Shown here one piece after another: positions 1-8,146 of a DNA stretch of 64,000 nucleotides. The position numbers and the translations under genes are program-made. The stretch comes from Candidatus Woesearchaeota archaeon (GTDB lineage: Archaea; Nanobdellota; Nanobdellia; SCGC-AAA011-G17; GW2011-AR20). Position 1 is the first letter of the stretch. Each line of letters begins with the position of its first letter. The DNA lies in assembly GCA_016203115.1 (NCBI GenBank), contig JACQNJ010000019.1, positions 724-64,723 of the forward strand, read 5' to 3'. The notes beneath the pieces were generated by a model. It saw only the letters and a list, made by a program, of their open reading frames with translations, did not search any database and had not been told where the DNA came from.

Positions 1-77
1 TTTCCTTAAAATCTCTTCAAGAAGATATAAACTAGAATTCGTTAAGCTTTTATATTTTCAAAAATAATCAATAATCT

Positions 78-542
78 ATGGCAGATATAAACATAGAAGA
101 AGAATTTAAAAAATTGAAGTATAATCTACCAGATTTTAGAAAATTAGATGAAGAATTTGAAATCTCCAATATTCAAGGATTAGAAGACAAAAGATTTTTA
201 TCAAGATTCATAAGAAGAAAAGTAAATGAAAAAGTAATTTTTTTCTGCAGGATAATAGAAAGCATTCTTTATCCTCAATCTCCTAATTACATAAGTATGG
301 TTGAATCTAGGATTTTTACAGAAGAAGAAAAGCAAGAAATATCAGAGTTATACAAAAGGCTTATGCATTACGAAAAAGAGTCTTTAATCCTAGATATAGA
401 ATCAGATGATAAAGCATCAGCTAGGTATATCAATGAAGTATTCAATAGTTGGCCAGAAATAAAAAAAGAAATGGTAGTTATAACAAAAAAAATGCAAAAA
501 GCATGGAATGAAAAAGAAAAAATAGAGAGTTACACATTTTAA
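78..542 (+). CDS. conserved hypothetical helical protein
   Basis: 154 aa ORF, TATA-like TTTTATAT upstream, co-oriented with adk. Confidence 0.7.
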   Translation: MADINIEEEFKKLKYNLPDFRKLDEEFEISNIQGLEDKRFLSRFIRRKVNEKVIFFCRIIESILYPQSPNYISMVESRIFTEEEKQEISELYKRLMHYEKESLILDIESDDKASARYINEVFNSWPEIKKEMVVITKKMQKAWNEKEKIESYTF

Positions 543-549
543 AAAAGAG

Positions 550-1104
550 ATGAAAAAAGTAATAGCTGTATTAGGCCCGCCAGGAGCAGGAAAAGACACC
601 CAATGTAAGCTTATTTCTAGAAAGTACAAGACAAAAATTGTTTCCATAGGAAAAATCTTAAGAAAAGAAATAAAAAAGAAAACAAGAACAGGTAAAAAAA
701 TTCAGGAATTAATGAAAAAAGGGGACTTAATTCCGGATTATATTGTAAAATCAATAATAAACAAAGAAATAAAAAATAGTGAATTCTCAATAATTCTAGA
801 CGGTTCCCCAAGAGACTTAACACAGGTGAAAATGTTAGATAAGATAAACTTAGTAATCTTCCTAAACTGCACAAAAAAAGAAATTACCAAAAGATTGCTA
901 AAAAGAGCAAAAATAGAGCATAGGGTAGATGACACCAAAAAAGTAATCGAGCATAGATGGAAAATATATGAAAAGCTGACAAAGCCAGTAATCAATTTTT
1001 ACAAAAAAAGGAAGCTTCTCAGAGAGGTAAATGGCAATCCTTCAATAAACCTGGTTTTTAGGCAAATCTCTCCTATAATAAAAAAAGTATTAAGTGAAGA
1101 ATGA
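550..1104 (+). CDS. adk: adenylate/nucleoside monophosphate kinase (bacterial-type, short LID)
   Basis: P-loop GPPGAGKDTQ, GDLIPD, LDGSPR, RVDD motifs. Confidence 0.9.
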   Translation: MKKVIAVLGPPGAGKDTQCKLISRKYKTKIVSIGKILRKEIKKKTRTGKKIQELMKKGDLIPDYIVKSIINKEIKNSEFSIILDGSPRDLTQVKMLDKINLVIFLNCTKKEITKRLLKRAKIEHRVDDTKKVIEHRWKIYEKLTKPVINFYKKRKLLREVNGNPSINLVFRQISPIIKKVLSEE

Positions 1105-1140
1105 TAATCTTTATATAGAAAAGAGCTTAAATAAAAGACA

Positions 1141-1764
1141 ATGGGATTTTTCGATTATTTAAAGAGCATATTAAAAATATTTCAGATAAAGAAAACTGTA
1201 AGGCTGGGCTTATATGGTCCTGTAAACGCAGGCAAATCTTCTCTAGCAAATAAGATTTCTTTGGATTGGTTAGGAGAAGAGATGTCTGAAGTATCGAAAA
1301 TTCCCCACGAAACAAGAGAGATCAAAGTAAAAGAAAAAGTAAAGATAAGATCAAGCGGAAAAGAGCTTGACTTTAATTTGATAGACACACCAGGAATAGC
1401 CACAAAAGTAGATTATGAAGATTTCTTAAAGTATAAATTATCAAAGTCAGAAGCGAAAAAAAGGGCAAAAGAAGCCACGCAGGGAGTCATAGAAGCTATT
1501 AAATGGCTGGAAAACGTTGATTGCGTTCTTGTTGTCCTAGACGCAACAGAAAACCCATATGACCAGGTAAATGTAACGATTATAGGGAACTTAGCAGCTC
1601 GTAATATCCCAGTGCTAATAGTCGCAAATAAAATAGATCTCAAAAGTGCAAACATCAAGAGAATAGAATCTGCTTTTCCACAGTACAACGTGGTGGGAGT
1701 TTCAGCATTAAAGGGGACAAATATAGAGAATTTCTACAAGGAGTTATTCAGAACAGTTAGATAA
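1141..1764 (+). CDS. oapA: Era-like GTP-binding protein (origin-associated protein A)
   Basis: GPVNAGKS, PHETR, DTPG, NKID; first gene of the GTPase-DUF2073-Zn ribbon triplet. Confidence 0.85.
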   Translation: MGFFDYLKSILKIFQIKKTVRLGLYGPVNAGKSSLANKISLDWLGEEMSEVSKIPHETREIKVKEKVKIRSSGKELDFNLIDTPGIATKVDYEDFLKYKLSKSEAKKRAKEATQGVIEAIKWLENVDCVLVVLDATENPYDQVNVTIIGNLAARNIPVLIVANKIDLKSANIKRIESAFPQYNVVGVSALKGTNIENFYKELFRTVR

Positions 1765-1765
1765 G

Positions 1766-2137
1766 ATGTTAAGACTGCAAATCATACCACATAGCGAAGT
1801 AGCAAATTTGACAAGTGAGAGCAAAATATCAAAAGTACTGAGAATTGCAAAAAACAATAGAATTATTTTGCTAGAAGGAAGACTGTCCCCGGAAGAAGAA
1901 ACTTTATTGATTGAAAGGACTATGAGTAACATTGACAGAAGGTTCAAAGGCATAGAAATATGTTCTATAGGGGATTCTGAAACAAGGGACCTTGTAAAAA
2001 GAATAAAAAGGGGTTTAGCCCAATTTTTGCTTGGCGTAGGAGCATCAGGCATGACAATAATAGGCCCAGCATCTATAATAAAAGAAATCAAGAGAGATCC
2101 TGATAAAATAGAATTATTGACGAAAAACGTAAAATAA
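1766..2137 (+). CDS. oapB: DUF2073 family protein (origin-associated protein B)
   Basis: LEGRLSPEEE..LIE..M, FKGIEI, GMTIIGPA; synteny with oapA and oapC. Confidence 0.85.
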   Translation: MLRLQIIPHSEVANLTSESKISKVLRIAKNNRIILLEGRLSPEEETLLIERTMSNIDRRFKGIEICSIGDSETRDLVKRIKRGLAQFLLGVGASGMTIIGPASIIKEIKRDPDKIELLTKNVK

Positions 2138-2138
2138 A

Positions 2139-2522
2139 ATGCCACATATCTGTGTCCGATGCAATAGGTTTCATGAAGATGGTTCTGCTAAGCTACTGAC
2201 AGGATGCGACTGTGGTGGAAAATTCTTTTTCTATGTAAAATCAACAGATGTTGATACAGCAAAGAGTATTGCCTCAGAGATTCCTGAAGAAGAAAAAATA
2301 CAGATGGAAAAGGATGTCTTTGAAATGGTTGGCATAGACAACAAATCCAAGCCAGTCATTCTTGATCTCGAAAGCATTAGAGTGACAAAACCAGGCCAAT
2401 ATGAGATAAGTTTAGTCGATTTATTTTCTGGCAAACCTCTAGTTTTTAGAATTGGCGAAGGAAAATACATCATAGACCTGGCAGGGACATTTAGTAAAAA
2501 AAATGGTAAAAAAGAAAAATAG
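2139..2522 (+). CDS. oapC: Zn-ribbon protein DUF2072 (origin-associated protein C)
   Basis: MPHxCxxC...GCDCG, ESIRVTKPGQYEI, EGKYIIDL. Confidence 0.85.
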   Translation: MPHICVRCNRFHEDGSAKLLTGCDCGGKFFFYVKSTDVDTAKSIASEIPEEEKIQMEKDVFEMVGIDNKSKPVILDLESIRVTKPGQYEISLVDLFSGKPLVFRIGEGKYIIDLAGTFSKKNGKKEK

Positions 2523-2919
2523 TTTAGAAGAGCTATGGAAAAAGAGGTTAACGCCAAAACAGTTTAGAATATTAAGAAAAAAAGGAACAGAGCTGCCATT
2601 CACTGGAAAATACTATCTAAATAAAAAAGAGGGGATTTATATGTGTGCAGCCTGCAAAAATCCATTGTTTAGTTCTGAAAAAAAATTTACCTCAATGTCT
2701 GGCTGGCCAAGCTTCTATGATTCTTTAAATAAAAAAAATATTAAATTAAAAGAAGACACAAGTTTAGGTATGAAAAGGGTTGAAGTAGTCTGCTCTAAAT
2801 GCAATAGCCATCTAGGTCATTTATTTGATGATGGTCCTAAGCCAACAGGGTTAAGATACTGCATTAATTCTGCAGCTTTGAAATTTAAGAAAAAAAATGC
2901 CATACAAAAGGAATTGTGA
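2503..2919 (+). CDS. msrB: peptide-methionine (R)-S-oxide reductase
   Basis: GTE.PFTG, GWPSF, HLGH.F.DGP.PTGLRYCINSAAL. Confidence 0.95.
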   Translation: MVKKKNSLEELWKKRLTPKQFRILRKKGTELPFTGKYYLNKKEGIYMCAACKNPLFSSEKKFTSMSGWPSFYDSLNKKNIKLKEDTSLGMKRVEVVCSKCNSHLGHLFDDGPKPTGLRYCINSAALKFKKKNAIQKEL

Positions 2920-3243
2920 TAAATGTGGAGAAGAGATAGAGTTACAATATAGGCCCATAGAAGGTCTACAGTCTATTGTAAAAGATGTTTTATAGTTGTA
3001 ACTGAAGAAGAAATCGAATCAATAGTGGAATCTTTTAATAAGATTACGAATGAGGAAAAGTTAAAAGAGGCAATTGAATTTTTAGCATTTAGAGAAAACC
3101 AGTTAATAATTACTCCAACTTTTAAAAACATTAGAGATTTAGTAAGAAAAATAATAAACCAAAAGATCAAAAGAAAAGACAAAAAAGATGAAATATTAAG
3201 GCTATTAAGAGTTGAAGAGGTAAAAAGGAGAATAGTAGATTAA
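2897..3243 (+). pseudogene. CxxC-x17-CxxC zinc-finger protein split by a 1-nt frameshift near 2967-2970
   Basis: ATG 2897 reads MPYKRNCDKCGEEIELQYRPIEGL; the -1 frame from 2971 reads VYCKRCF... and is continuous with ORF 3025..3243. Confidence 0.75.
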
Positions 3244-3307
3244 TTCTTAAAAAATTCTAATCATTTCAACAAAATATTTAGTAACTCTAAATTTTTTATC
3301 TATTTGC

Positions 3308-3736
3308 TCATGCTACCTGTTTTTTATTTATTTTCTTAAGAGAAATTTTTTCTTCAGTCTCATTAAAAGTAACAATAAATTCATTAAAAAATCCAGATCT
3401 TCCAAGAAGTATTGGAAAATCATATTTCCCTAGAATAACCATAACGGGAATTTTAAAGTTATAATGCTCATGGTCTTTTTCTATGGTTATACCAAGGGAA
3501 GTTCTAACAGATTCAACCTTACCTCCCAATCCATAAGCCGAACTTTTATTTTTATTTAAGTCTAAACCAAGAATTTCAGCAACATCTTTTGGAATAGCAG
3601 ATACATCGGCTCCAGAGTCCAAAAGGGCCACAGTCTCAAATTTTTCTTTGTGGTTGAGCATTATTGGTATAGAAGGGCTTTTAATCAAAGTCCCATCTGG
3701 TCTTTTAACTGATTTATATCTAAAATGCATTGTCAT
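3308..3736 (-). CDS. retropepsin-like (clan AA) aspartyl protease
   Basis: ALLDSGADVS catalytic motif, GLGG flap, ILLGR. Confidence 0.85.
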   Translation of the reverse strand: MTMHFRYKSVKRPDGTLIKSPSIPIMLNHKEKFETVALLDSGADVSAIPKDVAEILGLDLNKNKSSAYGLGGKVESVRTSLGITIEKDHEHYNFKIPVMVILGKYDFPILLGRSGFFNEFIVTFNETEEKISLKKINKKQVA

Positions 3737-3939
3737 CTTATAAACAGAAATATCATAGTCTCTTTTTCAGGGACCCTAGTAACTAAAGGTTTTTCTTTAG
3801 GGTATTTCTCCCTAGCTTGTTTAAATACTTCTTTCACATTACTACCATGTGCCACAATTTGGTTTTTACAGATGGCTATCCATTCCCCGATGTAGGCATC
3901 AAGATTTTCTTTAATAAAAAATTGATAATTTAAGCTCAT
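3733..3939 (-). CDS. DUF5678-like small protein
   Basis: Y.GEWIAI....IVAHG.....V...A...YP...P..TRVP pattern; ATGA overlap with the protease gene. Confidence 0.75.
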   Translation of the reverse strand: MSLNYQFFIKENLDAYIGEWIAICKNQIVAHGSNVKEVFKQAREKYPKEKPLVTRVPEKETMIFLFIR

Positions 3940-3974
3940 ACATTACATAACAGAAAAAGACTATATAAGTTTTT

Positions 3975-5846
3975 CTAACAATCTTTAAAAAACTCATTAA
4001 TCATTTCAACAGGAGTCTTAGTTACCCTAAAATGTTTGTCTTTTGGAAAGCACTTAAAATAATTGTCCCATTTGTATCTTTCATCTAAAAAAACCATGAC
4101 CCCTTTGTCATTCTCGCTTCTTATGCATCGTCCTGCATTTTGTATAGTTGTGATAATAGCAGGATAAATGTACCCATAGTCCCATCCTTTTTGAAATCTT
4201 TTATCATAATAAGCAATTAATTCTTTTGTTTCTAAATCCGGTCTGTTTAAGGGAATTCCAACAATGAGAACAGCTTTCAAAAAGTCCCCTATTAAATCTA
4301 TTCCCTCCCCAAAGCTCCCATTGCTAACTGCCAACAAAACAGCACCTTGATCCTTATAGCTTTTAAACTTCTCAAGCAGTTCATCTCTTTCTTTTTTCTT
4401 CATTTCTCTCTGCTCTAAAAAAGTAGTTTTCTTACACCACTTTTCAAAAAAAGGATTAATCTCATCTCTTAGTTTATAGCTTGGAAAAAAGACAATTGAA
4501 TTTCCAGGAACAGCATTAACTAAGCATGCAGCTTTTAGAGCAATTTTCTTGTACATTTCTTCGCTTCTAACATTAAACTTAGTGGTTACTCCTGGAACAA
4601 TTAAATGCAATTGATTCTTCTTAGGAAACGGGCTGTCATATTCTAATAGCTCAACATTATCAAATCCTAATAGATCCTTATACATCCCCAAGGGGGTTAA
4701 TGTTCCGCTCATACCAACAACAATATAGCTACTTTCAATAATCTCTTTAGTAATCAAACTAGGGTCTAAACATTTATACTTCAAAGTTATGATTAGCTTA
4801 CCATCATCGCCAAATCCCTTGGTTAAAATCCTAGTAAACCCATAATCTTGTCCTTTCCAATGCTCCAAAAAATTTGCAACACCTAAGGCAAAGCTTTTTT
4901 TCTTTTCTTCAATAACTTCATCAGAAAATTCTTTCAAATCCAGAATCAAAGAGTCATAATCATCAATTTTAGATGTAAACTCTTCTTTTTTTAAAAGGCA
5001 TTCTTGTTCTTCAAAAGGGATGTCTTTTGAGAGTTCTACTAGTAACATTCCAATCTGAGCCAAAGACTCTTTCAATCCATCTGCAGCATTAAATTGATCC
5101 GCTTCCCTTAAGGCATAGTCAAGAGTTCTTGTAGTAATCCTATCTGTTAATAATTTCCTGCATCTCTCAGGTAGATTATGGCATTCATCAAACACAATTA
5201 TAGCTTTATCTAATCCTTTATTGAATCTTGAAAGAATATTTTTTCTAATATTCGGATTTAAAATATGATAATAATCCATAACAACAACTTTTGCCTTTTG
5301 CGCTAAAACAGCAGACATCTCAAAAGGGCAGAAATGTTCCCGAGACATTTGAGAAACAACATCCTGCACATGCAGGGGTCCAACCTGTAAAACTTCATTA
5401 AGAAGCTTGTCTTTTTTTGGATTTAGTCTGTTATCCTTAAAATTTTCATAATAAATGCAGCTTCCTTTTTCAGTTAACTCTTTACAAAATTCTCCAAATT
5501 CATTTGAACTTAAAATATCAATCCCAGATTGAGCACACATTCCTTTTTTACCTATAAAATCAACAGCTACAATATCTTTCCTAATTTTTTTTTTAACCAG
5601 CCTTAAAGTATCAATGACAATTTTATGTTGCATATGCCTTGGTGTTAAAAAAAACACAGTTAAATCATTCTTAGAAGCATAATTCAATAAAGGGCTTAAA
5701 ACACTTACAGTCTTGCCTATACCTGTAGGCGCATGTATAAGCGCATGTTTTCTTCTTTTTGCGCAATCGCTTATTCTATTAATAAAATCCTCCTGAGAAA
5801 CTCTAAGTTCATCATAAGGAAAGAAAAATTCTTCTTTATCTATCAT
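3975..5846 (-). CDS. xpd: XPD/Rad3-family 5'-3' DNA helicase with Fe-S cluster
   Basis: APTGIGKT, Cys cluster, DECHNL, SGTLTP, QNAGRCIR. Confidence 0.92.
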   Translation of the reverse strand: MIDKEEFFFPYDELRVSQEDFINRISDCAKRRKHALIHAPTGIGKTVSVLSPLLNYASKNDLTVFFLTPRHMQHKIVIDTLRLVKKKIRKDIVAVDFIGKKGMCAQSGIDILSSNEFGEFCKELTEKGSCIYYENFKDNRLNPKKDKLLNEVLQVGPLHVQDVVSQMSREHFCPFEMSAVLAQKAKVVVMDYYHILNPNIRKNILSRFNKGLDKAIIVFDECHNLPERCRKLLTDRITTRTLDYALREADQFNAADGLKESLAQIGMLLVELSKDIPFEEQECLLKKEEFTSKIDDYDSLILDLKEFSDEVIEEKKKSFALGVANFLEHWKGQDYGFTRILTKGFGDDGKLIITLKYKCLDPSLITKEIIESSYIVVGMSGTLTPLGMYKDLLGFDNVELLEYDSPFPKKNQLHLIVPGVTTKFNVRSEEMYKKIALKAACLVNAVPGNSIVFFPSYKLRDEINPFFEKWCKKTTFLEQREMKKKERDELLEKFKSYKDQGAVLLAVSNGSFGEGIDLIGDFLKAVLIVGIPLNRPDLETKELIAYYDKRFQKGWDYGYIYPAIITTIQNAGRCIRSENDKGVMVFLDERYKWDNYFKCFPKDKHFRVTKTPVEMINEFFKDC

Positions 5847-5928
5847 ATTTGCTTCTAAATATTAGAATTTATATTATTATCTTATATAGAAAAGTATTAA
5901 TAAAGAAAAACAGTCAAAATTTTATAGA

Positions 5929-6015
5929 GGGAGCGTAGTACAGCCCGGTTTAGTATTGCCGGCTCCAGTGTTTTGGAGTCACCGGTAGACGCAGGTTCAA
6001 ATCCTGCCGTTCCCA
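5929..6015 (+). tRNA. tRNA-Trp(CCA) with 12-nt intron at 37/38 (5969-5980)
   Basis: acceptor GGGAGCG/CGTTCCC, anticodon stem GCCGG/CCGGT, CT-CCA-G, T arm GCAGG-TTCAAAT-CCTGC; CTCC pairs with intron GGAG followed by 3-nt bulge. Confidence 0.93.
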
Positions 6016-6204
6016 ATCTTTTTCAAAAGCTTTTTAATATTTACTACTAAATTATTACTTAAATAAACTATCGTATAATAGTAAAAAAAGAAAGATTTAA
6101 AAAGCCCTGAAAAAAGTCCTAAAAGATGAGTAATATTCACAATCAAACAAAAAGATATGAAATTCTTAATCAAGATATTCAAATCATAAAGGGGGAGCAA
6201 TAAA

Positions 6205-7149
6205 ATGAGCGTATTCTCAAGATTTAAGGGTATTTTCAAAAAGGAAGATGAAATTGATCTAGAGGGAGAAATACCAGTAGATGAAGAGGGAGATGTCGAT
6301 GAACAAGATAAGGAAGAGGGAGATGTCGATGAAAGATATTGGGAAAGAGGAAAGATGCTTTCAGGAATAGGAGCAGTAATAGGAGGAGTAGCTCTAGCAA
6401 CTATAGCAGCACTAGAATTTTGGCCGAAAGACAGAGTATTAGAACAAGGAACTCAAGGGATAGGATCCCTTCCTCCAAAAGAGAGAGTTGCATATTTAGA
6501 TAGTTTAGTAGATCGACAAGGGTATACGTCTACTGTAAATGCTATTAATGAACTATTAAGAGCAGGCACGTTAGCCTGGAACAATGGATTCGCTCTTCCA
6601 TCAACAGCTATAGATTCATTAACTACTAGGTTAAGTAGAGCTCAAAAAGAATTAACTCAAAACCAAAGAAGATTAGCTTATATCGATAGCTCATTAGTAG
6701 CAAATGGGTTTAGTACATATGCAATAGACAGGGTATTTGAAGCGCTTGAGGCAAAAAGTAGAGCTACACCTAGCGGAAAGGAGTTAGAAATAGCATACGC
6801 TCAAGGTGCAAGAACAGGCTTAGAATCTGCATTCGCTCTCATCTCTCAAAAAGCAAAAGAACTTGATTACACTAGTATGGTAGAGCCTGGAATAATAAAG
6901 TTCAGGGCAGTAAGAAGAAATCGACCTTTAACAACAAGAGAAAATGAAACAGCAATTCGAGAACAAAGGGATCTTGATTACTCTGTAGGAAGGTTAGAAG
7001 GGTTTGGTGTAAGAGAAGGAGATATTACCGATTATATTGCAGGAAAAATCGAGATACTCGTGACAATGACACCAGTAAGCGGAACTCCTTCACAAGTTAG
7101 CGTCAGAGATAATAAAGGAAAAAACATAACAACTTACAATCTAAGGTAA
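6205..7149 (+). CDS. single-pass membrane protein, acidic N-terminal tail, helical extracellular domain
   Basis: acidic N-terminus, TM GIGAVIGGVALATIAAL, AGGGGG RBS upstream. Confidence 0.75.
   Translation: MSVFSRFKGIFKKEDEIDLEGEIPVDEEGDVDEQDKEEGDVDERYWERGKMLSGIGAVIGGVALATIAALEFWPKDRVLEQGTQGIGSLPPKERVAYLDSLVDRQGYTSTVNAINELLRAGTLAWNNGFALPSTAIDSLTTRLSRAQKELTQNQRRLAYIDSSLVANGFSTYAIDRVFEALEAKSRATPSGKELEIAYAQGARTGLESAFALISQKAKELDYTSMVEPGIIKFRAVRRNRPLTTRENETAIREQRDLDYSVGRLEGFGVREGDITDYIAGKIEILVTMTPVSGTPSQVSVRDNKGKNITTYNLR
6283..6333 (+). repeat. 21-bp perfect direct repeat, period 30 (EEGDVDE x2)
   Basis: GAAGAGGGAGATGTCGATGAA at 6283-6303 and 6313-6333. Confidence 0.9.
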
Positions 7150-7165
7150 TTAGGGGGAAATAAAA

Positions 7166-8143
7166 ATGAAAAGTATGAGATATATTTTAGCAGTTTTGAC
7201 TGCAGCATCACACGCTCTAGCTACTCCAGAAGTCATAGGAAATCAATTTCGATTATTCAATCAAGAAGGAGTGAGATTTGTAGCTGAAGATATAAGCAGG
7301 GTATTGGCTACAAGATATAATGGTAGTCCTGCAAAGATATCAGAAGAACTACAAAGTTACCTCTTAGGAAGTTTAGCCCAGTTAAAACCAACAAAAAGTC
7401 CATTAGAAACAGTTTTATGGCAATTTTCTATCGAAGGACAATCAGGGAGTTCAGACTCTTTGAATGTAGGTCTAAACGCAGCAATTCAAGACAGCACTGT
7501 GCTAACTACTAAAGCTAGGTTAGGTATACATCCAGACACAACTCTTGTTGAGAGAACAACAACCGATACAATTAAAGAAACAAGATATGCTGAAAAACCA
7601 GAAACTTCTCCTCTCTCAATAACAGGAGTTAGGTTTGGATTGTCATATGGCATTGTATCGCCAGAAATAGGATTAGTAATAGGAAACAGGCTAGTCGTAT
7701 CCGGTTCTCCTTATAATCTGCCAAGTTCAAGGAACCCAGAAGCAGTAACAACATACACATCTCAAGATCCTGTTCTAGGAACAAGATATGAAACATCAGC
7801 AGATACAAATAGAGTGGCAACACGCATAAAAAGCTTGTCAATGGGAGTGCTAATCCCAATTAAAGATTTAGAACTCACAGTAGGAGGAGGAATCCACTGG
7901 GAAGAAAAAGAAGTAAGAGGATATGCAAAAACACAAAAAGTAGACAGAAATGATGTTCCATTAATTCACGCACAAGCAAGAGAAGGACCATTTAATTCAA
8001 GAAAAAGTTCTAGAAACCCAATGGGAAATCTAGGACTGGATTACAAGATAAAGGAAAAAAATGCTATGGGATTCTATTACCAAAGAGTGCTAGGAAATAA
8101 TGGAAAAAATGGAGCAGGAGTAAACTACAGGAGAACTTTCTAA
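7166..8143 (+). CDS. secreted protein with putative 8-stranded outer-membrane-type beta-barrel
   Basis: Sec signal ending ALA; alternating Gly/aromatic amphipathic strands from residue ~151; ends GAGVNYRRTF. Confidence 0.6.
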   Translation: MKSMRYILAVLTAASHALATPEVIGNQFRLFNQEGVRFVAEDISRVLATRYNGSPAKISEELQSYLLGSLAQLKPTKSPLETVLWQFSIEGQSGSSDSLNVGLNAAIQDSTVLTTKARLGIHPDTTLVERTTTDTIKETRYAEKPETSPLSITGVRFGLSYGIVSPEIGLVIGNRLVVSGSPYNLPSSRNPEAVTTYTSQDPVLGTRYETSADTNRVATRIKSLSMGVLIPIKDLELTVGGGIHWEEKEVRGYAKTQKVDRNDVPLIHAQAREGPFNSRKSSRNPMGNLGLDYKIKEKNAMGFYYQRVLGNNGKNGAGVNYRRTF

Positions 8144-8146
8144 AAA

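Noticed and set aside
5847-6204. Replication origin near oapABC
   Set aside because: AT-rich, but no ORB repeats or cdc6; explained by promoters and the tRNA
5997-6239. 80-aa minus-strand ORF
   Set aside because: Overlaps tRNA-Trp and the 6205 promoter; likely an AT-rich shadow ORF
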